A stretch of 64,000 bases of DNA from an uncultured delta proteobacterium. Its GTDB lineage: Bacteria > Desulfobacterota > RBG-13-43-22. A program made the translations under genes and the position numbers. Under the pieces are notes generated by a model, which saw only the letters and a list, made by a program, of their open reading frames with translations, had not been told where the DNA came from and ran no database searches. Position 1 is the stretch's first letter, and the number at the start of each line of letters is the position of its first letter. Below, in pieces: positions 58,997 through 64,000 of this stretch. Location of the stretch: the NCBI GenBank assembly GCA_963843145.1, contig CAWJJC010000028.1, forward strand, positions 128,001-192,000, in the 5' to 3' direction.

Positions 58997-60889
58997 TTAC
59001 ATCATCTGCTGATACCGTTCCATGATTAAACTCTGGAGCTTCTGCATCAGGAGGAAGGCGTCCTTTAAGATCTTTTTTTCCAGGGTGGTCAGTTGGTCGG
59101 GATCGATAAAGTTATCTGGGGGCTTTCCGGCTTTGATCTGCTCGTACTGGTGGCGCATCCGCAAGAGCATGATATATTCGAAGGCCTGCCTTATCTCGTT
59201 GTGAAAATCCTTCACGATTCCGTGCCGATCCTTCAAAATATGAATGCGTTCCAGGGTGGAAGTCTCCTTAACCCCGGCCTCCATGGCAAACAGGCGGACG
59301 GCGTCCAGCAGCGGGGAGAGACCTTTCACCTTGAGGTCGAATTTATCTTTCTGGGCCCCCTCTTTTTCCACCACGAACTGCTTGAAAAAACCGAGGGGGG
59401 GCGTGATCTTGAGCATCAGGTTGGCCATATGACCGAAAAAAACTTTTTGATCCTTGATCAGATGGGAAAAATGTTCCCGTAATCCTTCTGCCAGGCTAAA
59501 GGCCCCGTAAATCGGGCGCAGATCATAAAAGACCAGAAACTTTAAGAGGGAATCCGCTACCGGTTCGCTGACCCAACCGGTGTAATAGGTCTTCCAGTCC
59601 TGGAGCGGTCGGCACCACTGCGGATTCCCGGCCATATAATTGGCCGGGCACAAGGGGAATCCAATGCGGCTCAGGGTTTGATTAACCTGTGTGGCTAATT
59701 CCAGGAAATAGGTCCGAGCGACCTTGGCTTCTCTTTCAGTTTGCGGATCGGCGTAGATGATGCCGTTATCCTGATCGGTCTTAAAGGTTTGCTCTTTTCG
59801 ACCGCTGCTGCCGTAGACAAAAAAACAATAGGGCAGCGGCGGGGGCCCGGCATCCCTTTCGGAAATCTCCAGCACCTTGCCCATCAGGCGGTCATTGATT
59901 TCGGTAATAATCCGGGTCAGGTGGTCCAGGCGCGCGTTTTGCTTGATCAGGATTCCCGCCACATTGTTGGTCTTTCGGGAGATGGAGATTAGGCCCTCCA
60001 GGGATTCCTGTTCGGTGATGTCCTTGGCAAAGGACAAAGGGGAGGTCCCTTGGAGCAGCATCATATCATGATTGGTGATGATACCTTTCAGTCTTCCCTC
60101 ATCCGTCACCAAAAGGCGATGGATGTTATGCTGGACCATCTTCAAAAGGGCCTCGAAACAGGACTCACCGGTCTCGATCTGAATCAAGGTGGGGGTGGCA
60201 ATATCCCTCACCGGATCCAGGATGGATCGTCCCTGGGCGATGACCTTTTCCCGCAGGTCCCGGTCGGTGACGATGCCGGTGGGTCGCCGTTGGCCATCGT
60301 GGATGACCAAGGAACTGATTTTGTGTCGGGACATCAACCGGGCCGCGTCCCGGATCGTCGTTTCTTCTCCGGCAGAGACCAGCTCCACGGCGAGATCCTG
60401 GACCGGCGTGTGGAACAATAATTCGTCGCCCCCTCCGGAAAAAAAACTCTTATGATGGATCTCCTCGAAAGTCCGGTCGAGATAGCGGGCCAGGTAGGAG
60501 AGGTAATAGGAGGCAATGGCCGGGGTCGAATCGATCAGGCGAAAAACCACCTCCTTTTTTAATTTATAACAGAGGGTGTTCTCCTGGGCCACCACGGTGG
60601 TTTTTTGATTCTCTCCCCCGATCATGGAAAGAAAACCGAAGTTCTCGCCCTGGCCTTTGATATCCAGCACAAATTCCTGGGGTTGTTCCGATTCCAGGTA
60701 CACTTTGACGGTGCCGCTTTTGATCAGATAAAGATAATCACTGGGAGGGTCATGCTGCCTCAGAATTACGGTATCCTTGGTATAGTATCCGGAGGTCAGA
60801 TGATTGGCCAGGATCATAATGACTCCTTCGTCCAGAAAATGGAAAGGAGCCGTCTCCTCCAAAAATTTTAGCGCGCCCGGTTTGGTCAT
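58997..60889 (-). CDS. cNMP-binding/CBS/DUF294 nucleotidyltransferase-like protein
   Basis: cNMP domain, GIVTDRDLR CBS pair, GSSGRKEQTFKTDQDNGII, FDLKVKG; ATG overlaps the prpE stop. Confidence 0.9.
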   Translation of the reverse strand: MTKPGALKFLEETAPFHFLDEGVIMILANHLTSGYYTKDTVILRQHDPPSDYLYLIKSGTVKVYLESEQPQEFVLDIKGQGENFGFLSMIGGENQKTTVVAQENTLCYKLKKEVVFRLIDSTPAIASYYLSYLARYLDRTFEEIHHKSFFSGGGDELLFHTPVQDLAVELVSAGEETTIRDAARLMSRHKISSLVIHDGQRRPTGIVTDRDLREKVIAQGRSILDPVRDIATPTLIQIETGESCFEALLKMVQHNIHRLLVTDEGRLKGIITNHDMMLLQGTSPLSFAKDITEQESLEGLISISRKTNNVAGILIKQNARLDHLTRIITEINDRLMGKVLEISERDAGPPPLPYCFFVYGSSGRKEQTFKTDQDNGIIYADPQTEREAKVARTYFLELATQVNQTLSRIGFPLCPANYMAGNPQWCRPLQDWKTYYTGWVSEPVADSLLKFLVFYDLRPIYGAFSLAEGLREHFSHLIKDQKVFFGHMANLMLKITPPLGFFKQFVVEKEGAQKDKFDLKVKGLSPLLDAVRLFAMEAGVKETSTLERIHILKDRHGIVKDFHNEIRQAFEYIMLLRMRHQYEQIKAGKPPDNFIDPDQLTTLEKKILKDAFLLMQKLQSLIMERYQQMM

Positions 60890-62778
60890 TTCTGGTATCC
60901 GGCACTGGTCAGGGCCTGTCCGATCTCGCCCAGGGTCAGCGGGTCGTCTATCGTGGAAGGCAGCGTATAGGTCTCCCCGTCGGCGATTTTCCGCATGGTT
61001 CCCCGCAGCACCTTTCCGGATCGAGTCTTGGGCAGGCGGTTTACAATCACGGCCTTTTTGAACGAGGCCACGGCACCTATATCCTGACGTACCATCTGGA
61101 TCACTTCGGCGATGATCTCCTCCGGGAGACGAGTCACGCCGGCTTTGAGGACGATAAAACCCAGGGGAACTTGGCCCTTCAGGTCGTCGGCCATCCCCAC
61201 TACGGCGCACTCGGCCACGTCGGGGTGACGGGCCAGGACCTCTTCCATGCCGCCGGTCGACAGCCGATGCCCGGCCACATTAATAACGTCGTCCACTCGC
61301 CCCATGACGAATACATACCCGTCTTCATCGATGTAACCCCCGTCCCCGGTAAGGTAATAGCCGGGATAGGGATTCATGTAGGATTCCAGAAAACGTTGAT
61401 CGTCTTTCCAGAGGGTTGGCAGGTTGGAAGGCGGTAAAGGCAGCTTGACGGCAATAATCCCGTTTTGATTGGGGCCCAGCTCCGCGCCGCTGGCGGGATC
61501 CAGAATCTTGACATCATACCCCGGCATGGGTTTAGTGGCCGAACCGGGCTTGATGGGGAACAGCTCCAGCCCCTTGAAGTTTCCGACGATGGCCCAGCCG
61601 GTTTCGGTCTGCCACCAGTGGTCGATGACCGGTTTCTTAAGCAGGTCGGTGGCCCAGTGGTAGGTATCCGGGTCGGTTCGTTCCCCGGCCAGAAACAGGG
61701 TCTCGAATTGGGAAAGGTCATATTTTTTTAGAAATTCCCCCCGCGGATCTTCCCGTTTGATGGCCCGGATCGCCGTGGGAGCCGTAAAAAGGGCCTTGAC
61801 CCGATGCTCGGCAATGACCCGCCAGAAGGCCCCGGGGTCTGGCGTTCCTACCGGCTTCCCTTCGTAGACGATCGTAGTGGCCCCAATGAACAAAGGGGCA
61901 TAGACGATGTAGGAGTGGCCTACGACCCAGCCCACATCCGAAGCGGCCCAATATACCTCACCGGGGCCGATGTCATAGATGTGCTTCATCGTCCATTTCA
62001 AGGCCACGGCGTGGCCGCCGTTATCCCGGATGATCCCTTTCGGTTTCCCGGTGGTCCCGGAGGTATAGAGGATATAGAGCGGATCGGTGGCTTCTACCGG
62101 GACGCAATCGGCAGGAACGGCCTGCGACTCAAGGTCCGCCCAGTCCCAATCTCGGCCGGATATCATTTCCGCCCGGACCTGGGGCCGTCGAAAAATTATA
62201 CAGTGCTTCGGCTGGTGGGAACTGATCTGAAGGGCTTCATCCAAGAGCGGCTTGTAGGGAATGACCCGCTGGCCTTCGATCCCACAGGAAGCGGACAGGA
62301 TCACCTTCGGCTGGGCGTCTTGGATCCGGACCGCCAGTTCCTTGGGAGCAAACCCTCCGAAAACGACAGAATGGATGGCGCCGATGCGGGCGCAGGCCAG
62401 CATGGACATCAGGGCCTCCGGGATCATGGGCATATAGATCAGGACCGTGTCCCCTTTGATTACGCCCAGGTCGGCCAAAAAACCGGCCATGCGGGCCACC
62501 CGCTCTTTTAATTCCGAATAGGTGAATTTTTTAATGGTCCCGGTCACCGGGCTGTCGTAAATGACGGCCGTTTGGTCGCCCCGACCTCGTTCCAGGTGAA
62601 CGTCCACGGCATTGAAGCAGGTGTTTAAGCGCCCCCCTGGAAACCAACGGTAAAAAGGCGCCCGGGAATCATCCAGTACTTGATCCCAGCGTTTTTCCCA
62701 GACGATGGCCTCCGCGGCCTTTCCCCAGAATGATTCCGGATTTTCTATCGATTCCTTGAACGCTTCCTGATAGGTCAT
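60886..62778 (-). CDS. prpE: Propionyl-CoA synthetase
   Basis: YTSGTTGKPKGIIRDNGGH, DHWWQTETG, LPKTRSGK; ATG 62778 after AGGAG. Confidence 0.88.
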   Translation of the reverse strand: MTYQEAFKESIENPESFWGKAAEAIVWEKRWDQVLDDSRAPFYRWFPGGRLNTCFNAVDVHLERGRGDQTAVIYDSPVTGTIKKFTYSELKERVARMAGFLADLGVIKGDTVLIYMPMIPEALMSMLACARIGAIHSVVFGGFAPKELAVRIQDAQPKVILSASCGIEGQRVIPYKPLLDEALQISSHQPKHCIIFRRPQVRAEMISGRDWDWADLESQAVPADCVPVEATDPLYILYTSGTTGKPKGIIRDNGGHAVALKWTMKHIYDIGPGEVYWAASDVGWVVGHSYIVYAPLFIGATTIVYEGKPVGTPDPGAFWRVIAEHRVKALFTAPTAIRAIKREDPRGEFLKKYDLSQFETLFLAGERTDPDTYHWATDLLKKPVIDHWWQTETGWAIVGNFKGLELFPIKPGSATKPMPGYDVKILDPASGAELGPNQNGIIAVKLPLPPSNLPTLWKDDQRFLESYMNPYPGYYLTGDGGYIDEDGYVFVMGRVDDVINVAGHRLSTGGMEEVLARHPDVAECAVVGMADDLKGQVPLGFIVLKAGVTRLPEEIIAEVIQMVRQDIGAVASFKKAVIVNRLPKTRSGKVLRGTMRKIADGETYTLPSTIDDPLTLGEIGQALTSAGYQK

Positions 62779-63343
62779 AGGTTCTCCTTGATTTAATTCC
62801 TTTGGAAATGACTTTAAAGGTTTCCGTGCCGGCCCTTTCCAGCAGTTGGAATAGTACCGTTTCCGTACCGGTAATAACGGCCCCGGCCTGCCGCAGCCAT
62901 TCGATACCGATTTTAAAGTTATCTTTGGTCCGGGAACAGACGGCATCCTGCACCACCTGGACCGTATACCCGGCCAACATCAAACCCAACGCGGTCTGCA
63001 ACACGCAGATGTGGGTTTCCATACCGGTCAAAATGATCCGCGTCCTCCGGCTGGCCGCCACCTTTTCAATGAACCCTATCTCTCGGCAACAGTCGAAGGC
63101 CGTTTTTTCAAACCGTTCGTGGGCCGGAAGGGCTTCTTGGATTTCCTCCAGGGTCGGTCCCAATCCTCGGGGATATTGCTCGGTTACCAGGATCGGGATC
63201 TGAAGCAACTTGGCCAGTTCGATCAGATGAAGGCAATTTTCCACCACCTCCGCTTTCTTCTTCATGGCAGAGGCCAACTTCTCTTGGATATCGATGAGGA
63301 CTAGTAACACTTCACTATTTCTTAAAAGGTACTTATCGTTCAT
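62669..63343 (-). CDS. Isochorismatase-family hydrolase (C-terminus overlaps prpE)
   Basis: LIDIQEKL, TEQYPRGLG, GMETHICVLQT. Confidence 0.88.
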   Translation of the reverse strand: MNDKYLLRNSEVLLVLIDIQEKLASAMKKKAEVVENCLHLIELAKLLQIPILVTEQYPRGLGPTLEEIQEALPAHERFEKTAFDCCREIGFIEKVAASRRTRIILTGMETHICVLQTALGLMLAGYTVQVVQDAVCSRTKDNFKIGIEWLRQAGAVITGTETVLFQLLERAGTETFKVISKGIKSRRTYDLSGSVQGIDRKSGIILGKGRGGHRLGKTLGSSTG

Positions 63344-63374
63344 ACACGTTCTTTCCCTAAGTCAATGGGTGAGG

Positions 63375-63421
63375 GGCAAACAGGAGGGATCTGGTTTGAT
63401 CCGTAATCCCCCCTGTTTGCC
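63375..63421. terminator. Intergenic hairpin
   Basis: GGCAAACAGG...CCTGTTTGCC. Confidence 0.45.
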
Positions 63422-63610
63422 GGAGGAGAAGAGACGAGAAGGCCGGTCGACACCACTCGACCGGTACCTCGCCTCCGGTGGGGACGATATTAAACCAAAA
63501 GGATTCTTCATTCTGCAATTCCAGGGTGGCGCTGGGGCCGATCACCTGGCGTACGTGGGCCACCAGGCTTTTTCAGTTCGGGAGAAATAATTATACATCT
63601 GAACGGCGTC

Positions 63611-64000
63611 TTATACCCCGGATTCCTTATTCATCTTGAGAATGGCCTCGACGATTTCAGGATTGGCCAGGGTCATCACATCGCCGACATCCGTGTGGTT
63701 GGAAATAGCGCCCAGTACACGACGCATGATCTTTCCCGACCGGGTCTTGGGCATGTCAGCGACAATCCATACCTTTCTCGGCCTGGCGATGGCACCGATT
63801 TCCTTGACGATACACTGGGATATGGCTTTGGCCAGTTCATCAGAGGCTGTTCTGCCGGGTTTCAAGGCGATATACAGATCCGGTTCCTTGCCTTTGACCT
63901 CATGCTTCACCGGAACAACGGCCGCCTCGGCCACATCCGGGTGGGTCAAAGCCGCGGACTCAATCTCCTTGGTCCCCAGTCGGTGACCGGAAACATTGAT
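63611..64000 (-). CDS. acs: Acetyl-CoA synthetase, C-terminal part (5' end outside window)
   Basis: INVSGHRLGTKEIES, HPDVAEAAVV, MPKTRSGKIMRR, GDVMTLANP. Confidence 0.88.
   Translation of the reverse strand: MNVSGHRLGTKEIESAALTHPDVAEAAVVPVKHEVKGKEPDLYIALKPGRTASDELAKAISQCIVKEIGAIARPRKVWIVADMPKTRSGKIMRRVLGAISNHTDVGDVMTLANPEIVEAILKMNKESGV

Noticed and set aside
63357-63563. 68-aa ORF between acs and the hydrolase
   Set aside because: No clear RBS or motif; may be a gene remnant but cannot be supported.

Overview
64 kb of chromosome from an anaerobic Desulfobacterota (deltaproteobacterial)-type organism, inferred from the qrcABCD operon, the pilMNOPQ and minor-pilin genes and the repeat families. 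Content: housekeeping genes (hisC-cmk-rpsA, IHF/HU, recN, csp, gdh, rfbA/B/D); a large Alu-domain SRP RNA; two type IV pilus blocks; a TetR-controlled acyl-CoA/ABC uptake cluster broken by an IS630 remnant; and an acs/prpE/DUF294 block. Many single-base indels, mostly at homopolymers and densest at 13.8-17.9 kb, may be assembly errors. The least explained signals are non-coding. (1) A ~52-57 bp imperfect palindromic site (ATTTTCATGCTTCG-GGTGCCC..GGGCATG-GGTTTAGTAYGWAAAT) occurs about 12 times as full or half sites and brackets interchangeable cargo (different REP-like hairpins, heptamer arrays, one gene), with a tandem array at 11.3-13.1 kb. (2) Two dispersed two-copy elements each have a central hairpin flipped relative to its flanks. 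(3) A 22-bp palindrome is embedded in gene ends. Also noted: a candidate selenoprotein (in-frame UGA plus SECIS-like hairpin) and an orphan glycyl-radical domain. All calls come from reading the sequence by eye; no searches were run.
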